A stretch of 64,000 bases of DNA from Callorhinchus milii (taxonomy: Eukaryota): contig NW_024704742.1 of assembly GCF_018977255.1 (NCBI RefSeq), positions 33,482,001 through 33,546,000 of the forward strand, read 5' to 3'. Shown here in pieces: positions 25,245 through 37,629 of the stretch (the stretch's first letter is position 1; each line of letters begins with the position of its first letter). Under the pieces are notes generated by a model. It was not told the DNA's origin. It did no database searches and worked only from the letters and a program-made list of their open reading frames with translations. The position numbers and the translations under genes were made by a program.

Positions 25245-25496
25245 CTCGACTTCAAGATCCTCACAGTTCTGTTCAAATCCCTTCACTCTCTGGCACCTCC
25301 CTACCTCTCTGACCTCCTCACTCCCCAATCCACCACCCAGCGCCTCAGCTCGACTGGCACTGGCTCTTCAACCATGCTTACAGCCACCGACCCCCACTCC
25401 CCACTCGGCTCGGAGTCAGTTTCCGCCACTGTTAAGGCGCTCTGAAACCCTACCCTGCATGGAGGCTGCTATATAAGTGCAAGTTGTTGTTGTTGG
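25245..25496 (+). mobile_element. Internally deleted L2 subfamily B 3' fragment
   Basis: GACTTCAAGATCCTCAC start, an internal jump, and a (GTT)n tail. Confidence 0.85.
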
Positions 25497-27514
25497 TCTA
25501 TATATTTAGATATTCAAAATGAAACTTCATAAACATGTAAAGAAGATGCAAATGGGTTTAGGGAAAGAGCAAGGACATGGGATTACAGGAGACAGGCATA
25601 ATGGACAAAATAGCCTCCTTCTGTGCTGAAATTTCTACTACCATCTTCCTGCCTTTCTTACTTGGTAAGCAAATGCCTTGGAACAACTTGATTTTTTGGT
25701 CTGTGAGAAGCTCACTTTATTACTTCAAATTCATGTGGTATTATGTAGCCCAAACCAATAACAACTTGGATTTATATAGCACCCCTCATGCAGGGTAGCA
25801 GCCTAGAGTATTTGATAGTGGGAGAGCACAAAGCTATATATGAGAGCGCCAAGCAACAGCTTGGAAGGATACAGATGTGCGGGTTTGGCGGACAGAGAGA
25901 GTTCCCGAGCTCAACTGGGGTTGTGGGCAAATGCTGAGGGGAGGCCATGAGCTGCTCACATAAGGAGGAATGAAAGTAAACTGGAGAGGGGGGGGGTTCA
26001 TCAAGGGCAGCACCCATGCAAATCATAGAGGTGGTCCCACACCAGCCCTGAACAGAAGCTGGTAAGAGCTCATCTTTGTACTCCTCTCAAGCTATGGTGC
26101 GGTGCAACGATTGGGTAAACCTAGCTTTACAGACAAAAAAAATTACATGTTCTAGAAAAAATGAAAAATGGTCATTGGTATTCAGTAGAAACAAAGACAA
26201 GTTACAGAACACTGGATGAAAGCCCCACAGCACCAATCTTTAATAGCCAATTTCAAGAGGAAATGGTCTCATCTCCTCTGAGAATAAATGCAAAGTAACT
26301 TTCCAGGAAAACTGCAATCTGTGCTGTCACTTCTTCCATAACAACACATTTCCCATCCTCTGCCCTTGAAAATGCATTGGAGTCATTTCCATTTAATAAG
26401 GCTATGGGGAGAAAGCACACAACAACCAAGGTGTTGTATATGTGCATTGCCTACAATAATAATAATATTTGCACTTGATATGCAACATAGAATTTGTCTT
26501 ATGTGCGTGAAACTTTAGGATTCACATCTCACAACAAAAGCAAAATACTAGGACTAAAAGTACAGCACCTCGGTTACGTTCCAAGGAATCTGTTGTTCAC
26601 TGATTGCTATCTCCAGGAAACTGTTTGTTCCATGCTTGCCCACATTTCCAATAATGGAACAAAATCTTCCCCACTGTCAGCAAACAGTACATGTTGGCCC
26701 CTAAAAGTGTAGCCGTTTCTAATTATCAAACTACTAACAATGAATTCCATTTGTAAGACAAGAAATCGAACATAAATAAAATGTATGGCTTTGTGCCATT
26801 ATGAATCCAAATGCTCAATCTAATATGTGTTGAGTTAGTTTACCCCAATCCTCGAACTAGCAGTTGGGACACTATAACTCTCCCTAATACCTTAGGGCTC
26901 ATTCCTCTCTAATCTCATTTTTGCTCAGACATTTCCTCCTAGAAGAGCAGAGCACGTCCTGGAGATTGAATTATAGTGTGACAGTCACAGGACTCCAATC
27001 CGCAGCTGCAACCCAAAGTGAATGTCTTAAACTTTGCGCCACAGAGAGGTAACCACCAAGTTATAACAGGCAGAGAATGTCGGCAGCTTTGAAGAACATC
27101 AAATAGCTGACAGACCTTCAGACCTTTGGTGCCAATTGGCTGTGATTTAAATAGGAACAGCAATCTGTGTTGAATGAGTATAGTTGGATCATCAAAATAA
27201 GGAAGTTAAAATATATTTTATACCCCATGTCTCTAAACACAGCAAATAAAATGCACTGACACATTTCATAATGCTGTTTCTGGACTTCGTCAGTTTTACT
27301 CCAAGTTGGACAGAAACTGAAACATGTTCAGCCAAATAATCTGAAGCCTATTTGGCTTTTGAGACAACAGGCGTTTGTTTCCTTGCTACTTTCTCAAAGG
27401 AACAGTATTCCTACTGAAGGCTACTCCAGATCCAAGAAACATTTCCACCCAAGTATAGGAAGTCTAATGAGTCATCCATGTTGAACAGAAATAGATGAGA
27501 CTGACTTTTCTATA

Positions 27515-27645
27515 GGATTCATGGGGTCAAGTTCCACATGTATGTAGGTGACACTCAACTCTATCTCACTACCTCCACCCTCAACTCCAGGATTACTGCT
27601 GACCTGACAGAATGCTTGTCAGACATCAAGTCCTCAATGAGAGAA
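27515..27645 (+). mobile_element. Short L2 RT fragment
   Basis: MYVGDTQLY...LTECLSDIKS, homologous to the 29243-29965 ORF. Confidence 0.8.
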
Positions 27646-28760
27646 GAGTATATAAAATTCCTGAAAAGCACAGAGGTGTTGGAATTTTTTTACAACCGAT
27701 TGCTTATTCATTCACCACTAGGCCTTTGAGACAATTACTAGCTTGTATCTCACTTCATTGGAACTTCAATTTGCTCCTAGTCACTGGCTCTGCTGATTTA
27801 AAGGAAATTCCTGCAACATGGAAATTACACATACACATCTCGCTTTGGCTCAGAAATACAACAACCTCATTTATGTAGCACCCTGAACATGGGGCTCAAA
27901 GGGCTTCATAGGATTCACTCAAAGCTCTCAGAGCCCTGAAGCATTACAGTTCCCAATAGAAAACTGGAAACTGTGGATTGATCCTCTTCCCCCCCTCACC
28001 CCTCTTTCCTGACATTGGCAAGATGCTTGTGCCTGAATAGATCAGTGCCTTGGTTGTTGCGGAGCGTGGCATTTCAGTGCTGTTTCATGAGTTGCTGTCT
28101 TAACTCAGTATCTTATGATGTGCCACTGAAACACAAGAATGGCAATGCTAAAATCTTTGGACCCTCTTTGTGTTCAAGCTTTATGCTGAAATTGGGGAGG
28201 GATTTCATCCTTGTAGTCAGTTAACTCGCTTTGTTTCTTAACAGAATCAGTGTTAACACATTGAACAACAAATGAAACAGAAATCCTCAAATTTGACCTT
28301 GCACCTTAACATCAGGAGATCATCTCAAAGGGCTTTGCAGGACAACAACAAAAATAACTAAATTACATTTGTATAGCGCCTTTCATGTTGGGAGAATGTC
28401 CCAAGGTGCTAGACAGTCAGAGTTTTGGACCCGAGCTGGGGGTCGGGATTATGGAGGATGGAGAGCGGGGGGGGAAGCAGGGTGATCGAAAGCACAGTCG
28501 AAGAGGAAGATCTTGAGATGGGTCTTGAAGGAGGCAAGGGAGGGGGCGAGGTGGAGGGACTGCGGGATGGAGTTCCAGAGGGTGGGGGCAGAGTGGCAGA
28601 ATGCCCGCCCGCCAATGGTGGGACGGACAAAGCGGGGGACGTGAAGCAGGCCGGAGCCCACTAAGCGGTGGGAGCGGGCAGGATGATTTGGGGTTAGGAG
28701 GTTGAAGAGGTAGGGGGTAGCAAGACCATGGAGGGCTTTGAAGGTGAGGACTAGGATCTT

Positions 28761-29074
28761 AATAATAATAATCCTAGAATTTGATATGGCGCTTTTCACG
28801 TCTTCTAAACATCTCAAAGTGCTTCACAGAATATACTGTAAAGTGAATTGACTAAATTTTTGTTGACGAAACAAACGGCAGCCAATTACGCACAGCAGTG
28901 TCCCACAAACAGTCGTGGATTGAAGTGACCAAATTATTATTGTTGTTTTTGTTGAGGGATTATTATCAGGAGTATGGAGTAAGGAAACTTGTCCAAGGTT
29001 TCGCCCTGCTAGGAATCGAACCCAGGTCTCTCGCTTGTGAGGCGAGTGCTCTAATCACTGAGCTACAGGACTCC
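28761..29074 (-). mobile_element. Family A SINE inserted into an L2 element
   Basis: Full head-to-tail SINE splitting the L2 sequence ggatctt|...|ttgaactg. Confidence 0.9.
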
Positions 29075-29242
29075 TTGAACTGTATCCTCTGTATGATGGA
29101 AAGCCAGTGGAATTGGTCGAGGATGGGGGTGAAAGAGTTACGGAGCCTGGTGTGGGAGAGGACACGAGCTGCAGAGTTCTGGATGATCTGCAGTCTATTG
29201 AGGGAGGAATTGGGGAGGCCAACAAGGAAGGAGTTTGCATGT

Positions 29243-29965
29243 TCAAGCCTCGATGAATGTGTGTGTGAGGGTTTCGGCAGCCTGTGGTGTGAAACAGTGG
29301 TGGAGCTGGGCGATGTTGCAGAGGTGGGGGAAGGTAGAGCGGGTGATGGCACAGTTGTGGGATAGAACAGATAGTTGAGGGTCAAACAAGATGCCAAGGT
29401 TCTGGACTGGCTTAGTAAGGTGGAATGTGCAACCATGGATGGTGATGCTGTCAGCGCCTGAGGTGTGGAGGTGCTGACGGGAACCAATCAGGAGGGCCTC
29501 GGTCTTGTTGGCATTCAACTGAAGAAAGTTAGCTCTCATCCAGGACTTGATGTCTGACAGACATTCAGTCAGCACAGCAGTGGTCCTGGAGTCGAGGGTG
29601 GAGGCAGAGATGTACAGTTGGGTGTCATCCGCATACGTGTGGAAGTTGACCTCATGTCTGCGGATGATGTCACCAAGAGGGAGCATATAGATATTGAAAA
29701 GGAGGGAACCAAGAACAGAGCCCTGAGGAAGACCGCACAAAACGGTGAGGGGGATAGAGGGGAAATCGTTTGCGGAAATGAAGTGGAGGCGGTGTGAGAG
29801 GTACGATCTGAACCAGTCAAGGACAGAGCCGTGAAGATTGAGGTCAGAGGAGATGCGGTGGATGAGGATAGAGTGGTCAATGGTATCGAAGGCAGCAGAG
29901 ATGTCAAGGAGGACAAGGAGGCAAATGGTGCCCTGGTTGCAGATGGTCAGAATGTCATTTGTCAC
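29243..29965 (-). pseudogene. Non-LTR reverse transcriptase ORF2 fragment (240 aa) of the L2 copy
   Basis: Canonical RT motifs including YADD; lacks the N-terminal endonuclease and is broken by frameshifts. Confidence 0.9.
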
Positions 29966-31424
29966 TTTGACCAGAGCTGTTTCTGTGATGTGGGCGGCAC
30001 AGAAACCCGATTGGGAGGGTTTTGTGAAGGGAGTGGCAGGAGAGGAAGCTGGGAAGCCAGCTCGTTCAACAACTTCTCCCAGGACCTTGGAGAGGAAAGG
30101 GAGGGCTGAGATGGGGCGATAGTTTGAGACTCACTGTGAAGTGTAGTGACTGTATATTTTGTGAGCAAATCTGTTGAGAAATTGTCAATTTTCACAACAT
30201 ATTTTGTTTGCGCATCTGAATGGAATGTAGATCTGGTAGCTGGAATCATAACCGGGCTTGATATCCAAGCCACTAAATAAGAGAAGGGATCTCTGTGCTT
30301 GCGTGGGATCAAAGTGTGGGATTAATGAAATAAATAGACGTATATTTTTTAAGTACAGTGCAAAACATGGAATGTTGTATTAGAGCAAATGCGTCTTGTT
30401 TTCTATTCTGTGCAGTCATGCATCACTGTTCAGCTCTATCTAATTAAATATTTCAACTGTACCAGTCTGTAGTGATTCCTGTTGCATTTTGTGCTCATCA
30501 CTCTTTCAGCAATAAACCCAAAGGTCAGATTACTAACAAGAAGATAATTATAGGCTTTTATATTGATGGGAAAAGTGAACCGGATGAAAATCAAATGCTA
30601 ATGAATTTTACTCCATAAGCATAGGGAACTTAATTAAAGGAGCATCCTAAACCAGACTGTGCATATGGAACTTTTTATATGTCGGAAGATAAATGTAAGT
30701 TTTTTTCTCCAATTTTCATGCAGCCTATATAAATTGTCTTTCGTGTTTCATATTTCAAATATTTCCAAACAAAGGAACATCTGGCCTGATTATAAAGATG
30801 GTCAATATTTTAACAAAATAATGTTAATGCTTTGTCTGAGATTGGATATGCTGACTTTGTATGCTGAGAGAATTTGCAGGCTAGAGTACAGTTTTAGCAT
30901 TGTCTATTTCATTTGTGAGCATCTTATCCAAAGTGGGGCTTCATACATTACCTTTGTGGTGAAGTTGGATGCGGCAGGGATTGGTGGGGGGGTGTTGGTG
31001 ATCCTACCATGATCAGTCAATTATTGATTAATTATTAAATGGATTCAATCACACTTATCATCCTGCGCTATCAAAATTATCTGGTTGAGTCCAGGAAACT
31101 ACAGCTTAATGCTGTGATGGAGAGGTTAGGATGGGTGTTGTGGAAGGATGAGATCAGATGAGCTGAAGGTGATTCTTCATCCGCACCAATCTTGTGTGAT
31201 CTTATGACCTCTCACTGTTCACCAAATTTCTTCTATTGATCTCCCTACTTCAGTGGAGAGTCGCTATTTGGTCTCTCTCCTTGTACTAAGCAACCACTCC
31301 GATGACATCAATTTTGGATTCATTGAGAAGCTGCTTGATAGAAACAACCCCCACACCCCCCCATCATCAAAACCAGGATTTGCGTAGCCCTAGATGGTGA
31401 TCTGAAGGCTTCCCAGCATGGAAA

Positions 31425-32095
31425 ATACAATACATTTGTATAGCGCCTTTCACGTTGGGAGGATATCCCAATGCACTAAACAGTCAGGGATTTGGATCCG
31501 AGCAGAGTGGGGAGGGAGGCTGGAATCGGGGAGGGTAGGAGGGTGGTTGAAGGCAAGGTCAAAGGGGAAGGTCTTGAGACGTACCTTGAAGGAGGCAAGG
31601 GAGGGAGTGTGGCGAAGGCAATGTGGGATGGAGTTCCAAAGGCTGGGGACGAGGATCTTGAGCCAGTGGAGTCGGGCGAGGGTGGGGGTGATGGGGTCAT
31701 GGAGTCTAGTATGGGAGAGAACATGAGCTGCAGAGTTCTGGATGATCTGCAGCTTGTGGCAGGAAGAGGTGGGAAGACCGACAAGCAAGGAATTGGCATG
31801 GTCGAGCCTAGATAAGATGAACTCATGAATGAGCATTTCGTCGGCCTGAGGGTTGAGGCAATAGTGGAGTCGGGCGATGTTGCTGAGGTTGGGGAAGGCA
31901 GAGCTGGTCATGGCACAGATGTGGGGTAGAAAGGGTAGTTAAGATTCAAACAAGACGCCTAGGTTCTGGACTGGCTTAGTAAGGTGGAGTGTGCATCCTT
32001 GTATGGTAATGCTGTCAGTGCCTGAGGTGCTGAGGCGCTGACGGGAGCTAATCAGGAGAGCCTCGGTCTTGTTGACATTCAACTGTAGAAAGTTA
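31425..32095 (-). mobile_element. L2 subfamily A 3' fragment
   Basis: ORF 31450-31911 contains SRLDHANSLL, QNSAAHVL and LWNSIP; tail at 31425. Confidence 0.9.
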
Positions 32096-33392
32096 GACTA
32101 CAGTATTAAATCTTGTTTTGCACATAATTTGAAAGTCATACTCCAATAATCAGATTCCTGATGGAACTAATTTATTTGAAAAATATTTATCTGTTATCTG
32201 AAGTATAGTTTACCCTTTTTTCTTTACCTCCTGCTGCATTTGCATTTGGAAATTTGGATTTCTCTTTCCCCATTTGCAAGCTGTCCCCATCTCCGCCACA
32301 ATGACATGCCCAGTTAGGAGAAAGGGCCAACAGAACTGGAGATATTTGGGTTTAAAAATAATAATGCTGCACTTGCATTCATCACGTCATTGAGATGTCT
32401 CAAAGCACTTTGCAGGATTGACTGTGTATTTTATAGGCGAACGTGGTTTTGATGTGTTCTCCTACGTGAGGGCATTATGTAAATGCAAGTTGTAGAAGTA
32501 ATTTAGAGGAGTTTGCAGGACACATACACTTGGCAAAGATATCTAGGAAAGGCTGGCCTTACACCAGTCAAGGGCAAGTGAAAGGGTCCCTCCAGCAAAC
32601 AGATGATAATCTGATTGAACACATCACCCAACTTGCTGGTTGGCTGCAAAGTCCACTAAGGACCAAAGTGAAGGGGAGGCAAGCCCACATATTATACACA
32701 TTAGTGCTTGCTGGAGCCTACACAAATGATCTAAGGCATTTGCGTTATATTAGTATGAGATACTTTGATATTCCCCGGAAAGGTCAATAAAATAAACGTT
32801 AAGATTGCTACCTCCAAAGAAAAATCCAAGATGGTGGCAAACATCTTGAGAATGGGCTTTGGAGTCAACCGTTGTGCTGAGGTCAGGAGTAGCAGATTCA
32901 TGCCTAAAGCCAGTCCTTCCTGATTCTCAAACTAAGACATCAAGTGGCCACATAATTGTCAACAACGTGCTAATTAACACTTCCCAGGTTGCAGTATTCA
33001 CCAACGTTTGTTCCAACTGAAGTTATGACTCTTTTTTTGCTGCAATTCCAAAAACTCAAAGCAGCACATTGCCAAATCAGCTCGCTTTGACTCCATCATT
33101 TTCCCATTATAGAACTGCATGGAGAAGCAACGAGAGATCCAACTGCAACTCAGGTCCTGAGCAATTCATAGCCAGGAAAAGTAGCTGATTTACAACTCGT
33201 GTGGCCTCCTGGGGCAAGCTTGACTAGGAAACAGACTTAGATTAAAAGCAAATATTAGGCGATTCCCAACATCTGTTAATCCGTTAAATATGTTCATATC
33301 TAAAATGACAGACTGAAACAACTCCTTTAAGTGGCAATGCAACAACAACTTGCATTTATATAGCGCCTTTCACGTCAGGAGGACATCCAATG

Positions 33393-33634
33393 CAAGACCC
33401 AAATTCCACCTATTCTTAACCTGTTCAGTCACTTTGTCTTAAAATTTACAATCATGTAGAAACTGTGGGAAATTATTCAATTCTGGAAGCCAATTATTTT
33501 TAATAACTGCAGTAAGCTATCTCCGAATGTAGACTGAATTTAATAATTTTCCACAATTCTACGACAATTTTTGGAACAAAATTTTTGGAGGCAAAATTCT
33601 TTCACCCAAAAGACAAGGTGGAATTTGGGGCCTG
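33393..33634. mobile_element. Palindromic MITE, probably Tc1/mariner type
   Basis: TIRs CAAGACCCAAATTCCACCT / AGGTGGAATTTGGGGCCTG (14-bp perfect core); inner inverted pair GTAGAAACTGTGGGAAATTATT / AATAATTTTCCACAATTCTAC; flanks TG...TA. Confidence 0.65.
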
Positions 33635-34786
33635 TAATTTCTTGAATCCGATTGCATTTCACACCATAAATTCTTGGTCTGGAGAGGTTTCTAATTGCAA
33701 GTGGGTATAAATGGTGAGGGCAAAGTAAACTATGGTACTGTAACAATTAATTGTAGATATCCACATCCCTTGTTCATCCAGAGGTACCATGACTCGTGTT
33801 CATCCAATACATGTACCGGATGAGGAATCTGCTCCTGCCCATTCCCTGCCTCAGGTGGTTAGAGGAAGAGAATCAGTTTAGTTCAGATCATTAGATTTGA
33901 CCTGGTAGAGCCTCTCTGTGTCAGCCACATGTTAAATGCATCCTAATGTAATCAGCAGCTAATTGTTTACAAACTGCAATGCTCAGAGAAACTCACTTTC
34001 TAATGGAACATGCTTGGCCACCCTAAATAAGAAATAAAAGCAGGAGATCTGCACATGAAAATCAGGCCGACTGAGTTTTACCTCTTCTTTCCCTCTGTGG
34101 TTCAGCAGTCAACAATAATTGAGGGTGAGCACAGCTGGGTCATAAAACTCTGATCCAAATTGAACTGAATTGGTTTAATCTGCCCAGAGTCATGCTTTAG
34201 TCACCTGTTTCAGATTTCTTCTGAAAAGTAGACCTCTCCGTTTATCAAAGTGTTTGCACAGTGTGCACATCACAGCGCAGTCTGCGAGTACGTAGTGCAG
34301 CTTAGTCACATGCGCTATATGCTGTGACTCCACATGCTCACTGGTTCAAAGCTGGGTCGCAGGGGGACAGGCAGAGCCACTTTAGGCTGAGTCACTGAGA
34401 TCCTATAATAAGGACACAGGACAGACACATGCTGCCATGACTTATAGCTGCTGAAGAGACACCTCTTAATGTTATCACAAGGTCATATCACCCCACTAAT
34501 ACTATACTATGCTCACGTTCTCCAAGTTTACAGTAACTAATCTACATTAGGCAAGCATATCTGCTTTGACTCCCCCAAATTATTAATTTTGTATAAATTA
34601 CATATAAATATATACATTAAATATCCAGAACGGGTTTCATTACTAACTGATAAATGTGCTGTATACTCTTTTACTCAAATAGTTATAGTTTAGTATAAAT
34701 ATATCACAATGTTAAGATAACGTCCTGATAAATGGTGGCCACTGATCAAGTGGCCATGATGTGACTTTACCACACAATGCCAAGTG

Positions 34787-34881
34787 CAGACTCTCTAACC
34801 TTAGTGTGAGTTCCCCACTGGTTAGGTTGACCTGAGGTCAATTTAACCGGCCAAGATCTGAGAATAAGGTTAGGGAATCTG
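34787..34881. repeat. Imperfect 95-bp palindrome
   Basis: 47-bp arms align without gaps (about 34/47 matches) around a single central G (TTGACCT-G-AGGTCAA). Confidence 0.8.
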
Positions 34882-34966
34882 AGCCTGACACGTCTTCGCA
34901 AACCATTAACAATAACTGTAAAGATTTCTCTCAAAGCAGAATTATAAAATGTCAGGAAAGCAGAAC

Positions 34967-35065
34967 AGGTACCTTCTGTAACATTGTGCTCATCTTCTCA
35001 TGTCAGTTCCTCATAATAATGTTCATTTACTTACCTGAAAAGAAACAAAATAGAAGGTTAGTCAC
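34967..35065 (-). other. Candidate recursive splice site (AG|GT ratchet point at 35035|35034) followed by a 62-nt RS-exon (35034-34973)
   Basis: Minus strand reads gTGACTAACcttctattttgtttcttttCAG|GTAAGTaaatgaacattattatgaggaactgacatgagaagatgagcacaatgttacagaag|GTACCT. Branch A is at 35058 (-24), followed by a pyrimidine tract and a 3'ss abutting a consensus 5'ss, with a weaker downstream 5'ss. Confidence 0.65.
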
Positions 35066-36283
35066 AAACATTTGCAAGACGCATTTTTAAAAAAAAAAAA
35101 AGTTGTGCAATTGGCTGACAAGAGGAAGTCAGCCCACATGATAAAAAAAATTAACATAAAGGCTGATACTTTCGCACCCAGAGAACATTTAAGGTGTTTG
35201 TACAGATATTGTTTGTATGGAGGCGTTTGAATAGATGGTTGCTGTGAGATATTTACTTCCTGGAAACAGCATGCAGTGTTATTTTGCCAGCAAAAGTCAA
35301 CGTAGGGGAGCTAAATTCAGTGCAGGTGCAGAAATAATAATAATCCCTGCACTTGATATAGTGCTTTTCATGTCAGAAGCACATCTCAAAGCAGATCACA
35401 GCATATACAGTGAAGTGTAGCGACTTATTGCATGCAACAATGTCCCACAAACAGACGTGAAGTGAATGTCCAATTTTATTTGAGCAATTAATGGGCAGGA
35501 CATATGGAGAAACTCCCAGCTTGAGAAATTTATCCTGTGAGCTGCCACAGTTCAGTAAGTATTGTAGTGCTGTAATACAGTCTAATCCTTGGTTTGGAAT
35601 ACAACAAGAAAACATAGTGACCCCTCAGTGTATAGGTTCAGGACACGTCCTGCTCGCAGCATTGATTGTCTGGCTTCCTAGGCACAGTAGCCTCCAGTTC
35701 AGTGGTGTCCCTGGCAACCGCTGAAAATGCTTGCGAGAGCAGTCACCACTGACCTGCCAGTTTCCTGCGCTCAGAGCTCAGACCTTAGACCTCACCGACG
35801 TCAGTCGTGACCCCAAAGTGCTGATAGGCAGCCACACTACAACATTCTCCGTTATAATACTGCGTCTCATTTTAGGCCCCCCCCCAGCCCATTCACCGCA
35901 TTATGATGGAGTTGGATTGTAGTAATCTAGGGCAGTAAGCAAGTGGCTGTCTGCAGCCTACTTCCGCAAAGGATTAAGTAAACTGTTGAGTAGAATACGT
36001 TGCTAAAATAAATCTCTCCTAAATTAGAGGATTAGGCACTGGCATCTACATTCATGTGGTTAAAGTGTAATCTGGCTCCTCGCTATTACCTTTTACTCTT
36101 TCGTAAATTAATGCTGCTCTTTTGTTATATGTTGTGAATTGATGTCTAAGAAGTCTGAAATCAGTTGCTCTGCAGGTCCAAAGCCCTTCCTAATGTATAA
36201 AGCAGCAAACGTTAAAGAATCAGATTATTGTAAAACCATTTGTTCTGCATCAAAATTATGTAATCATAAATGATGCAGTAGCA

Positions 36284-36514
36284 AAATTCAGGTGAAATCA
36301 CACTGGTTAATCCGTTTTGTGTGAAATTACTGTAATACGTGGAGCCCCGAGAGATTATCTTTCTATTCTGAGGCGGATGAAAACTGACATTAACAGAAAT
36401 TTGAAATCCAGGTGAAATCACACAAGTTGATCCTTTTTGTGTGAAATTACTATAATACGAAGAGATTATCTTTCTATTCTGAGGCAGACAAAAACTGACA
36501 TTAACAGAAATTTG
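36284..36514 (+). repeat. Local tandem duplication (120-bp and 111-bp units)
   Basis: AAATTCAGGTGAAATCACAC...ACTGACATTAACAGAAATTTG occurs twice, with substitutions and one indel. Confidence 0.92.
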
Positions 36515-36589
36515 TCATTCAAAATACCTCCCCAAAAATCAAAATGATAAGAGCTGTTTGTGTGAGGCTTCAAGTTACTACTATTACTA

Positions 36590-36982
36590 CTAACAATAAT
36601 CATTGTATTTGGTCTAGTGCCTTTCATGTTGGGAGGATGTCGCAAACAGCTCCACATTTAAAAGCACAGTGACTGTTATTTGTGAGTGAAAGCAGCAGCC
36701 AATTTGTGCACAGCAATGTCCCGCAAACAGCCTTGATGGGAATTAGCAATTTTATTTGGGGTTTGTTGGCCAAGGCAGTGAGAAACTCCCTTGACTTTAG
36801 GAATAGTGTCATGGGATCTTTAACCTCCTCCTAAACAGGCAGACGTTGTCTTTGTTTAATGTCTCATCTGAAGGACAGCACCTCCGACAATGCAACACAC
36901 CCTCAGCACTGCATTGGCATGTCAGGTTAGACTATATGAGTTTCAAGTCCCAATGTCCTCACAACCTTCTGACTCAGAGGTG
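36590..36982 (-). mobile_element. Family B (Deu-like) SINE
   Basis: Homologous to the 18478 and 21525 copies. Confidence 0.8.
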
Positions 36983-37629
36983 AGCTGGGAATGACACATG
37001 CAAATTAAACCATATTCTCTCATACTCTTTGTACACCCGCAATGAAACGGCCTCAGCCCACACTTTCCCCACTGAAAGGTCACATCCCAAAGGTTCATTA
37101 ATTTACTGGTGAGCAGAGTACCAGAGGCATTTGCCCAGAGAGGGCAGTAAATTTATCAGCAATCAGATAAATAGCTCCCCTCAGTAACGTCAATAAACCC
37201 CATTTCAGATACAGTCAAATCAGTTTTCAACAATCTCTCAAGGGAATGGGCCAAAGAGGGTGGCCTCAGAGTAAGGATTCTTTGGTGTGTTAACGCACAC
37301 TGCTCCAGGGTGGTTGTTAACAGGTGGTGGTTGCTAAAAGTAGGTGACTGCTGGAACAAGTTTGACTGAAAATTAATTTGCAGTTCATCTACATGGAGCT
37401 GCAGAGCAATGAATGTATGGAGCTACAGTCACCGAAAAAACCTTGGACACAAATCTGAACTCAAGATGTATTTTAAATAGCACCCTGAACCTCTAAAGGC
37501 TTATAGCATCTGAATCCTCAAGAAAACTGCAATCTTTCAATCACTCACACTTATTTTTCTATATAATACACATTATTCTTGGCACAGAATTTCCTGGTAA
37601 TAAAGTGCATTTTGTTTTATACTATCTTA

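Larger units (their letters stand above)
28360..30125 (-). mobile_element. 5'-truncated L2-clade LINE (subfamily A) with a degenerate RT domain, interrupted by a SINE
   Basis: ORF 29243-29965 contains LLDISAAFDTIDH, GLPQGSVLG and YADDTQLY; C-terminal LQIIQNSAARVL and APTLWNSIP; frameshifted; 3' tail at 28360. Confidence 0.92.

Noticed and set aside
28409..30312. Many overlapping ORFs on both strands
   Set aside because: Alternative or antisense frames of one decayed L2 plus the inserted SINE; not host genes and not an intact element.
34402..34413. CArG/TATA-like CCTATAATAAGG
   Set aside because: Eight A/T between CC and GG, not the canonical six; no other promoter evidence.
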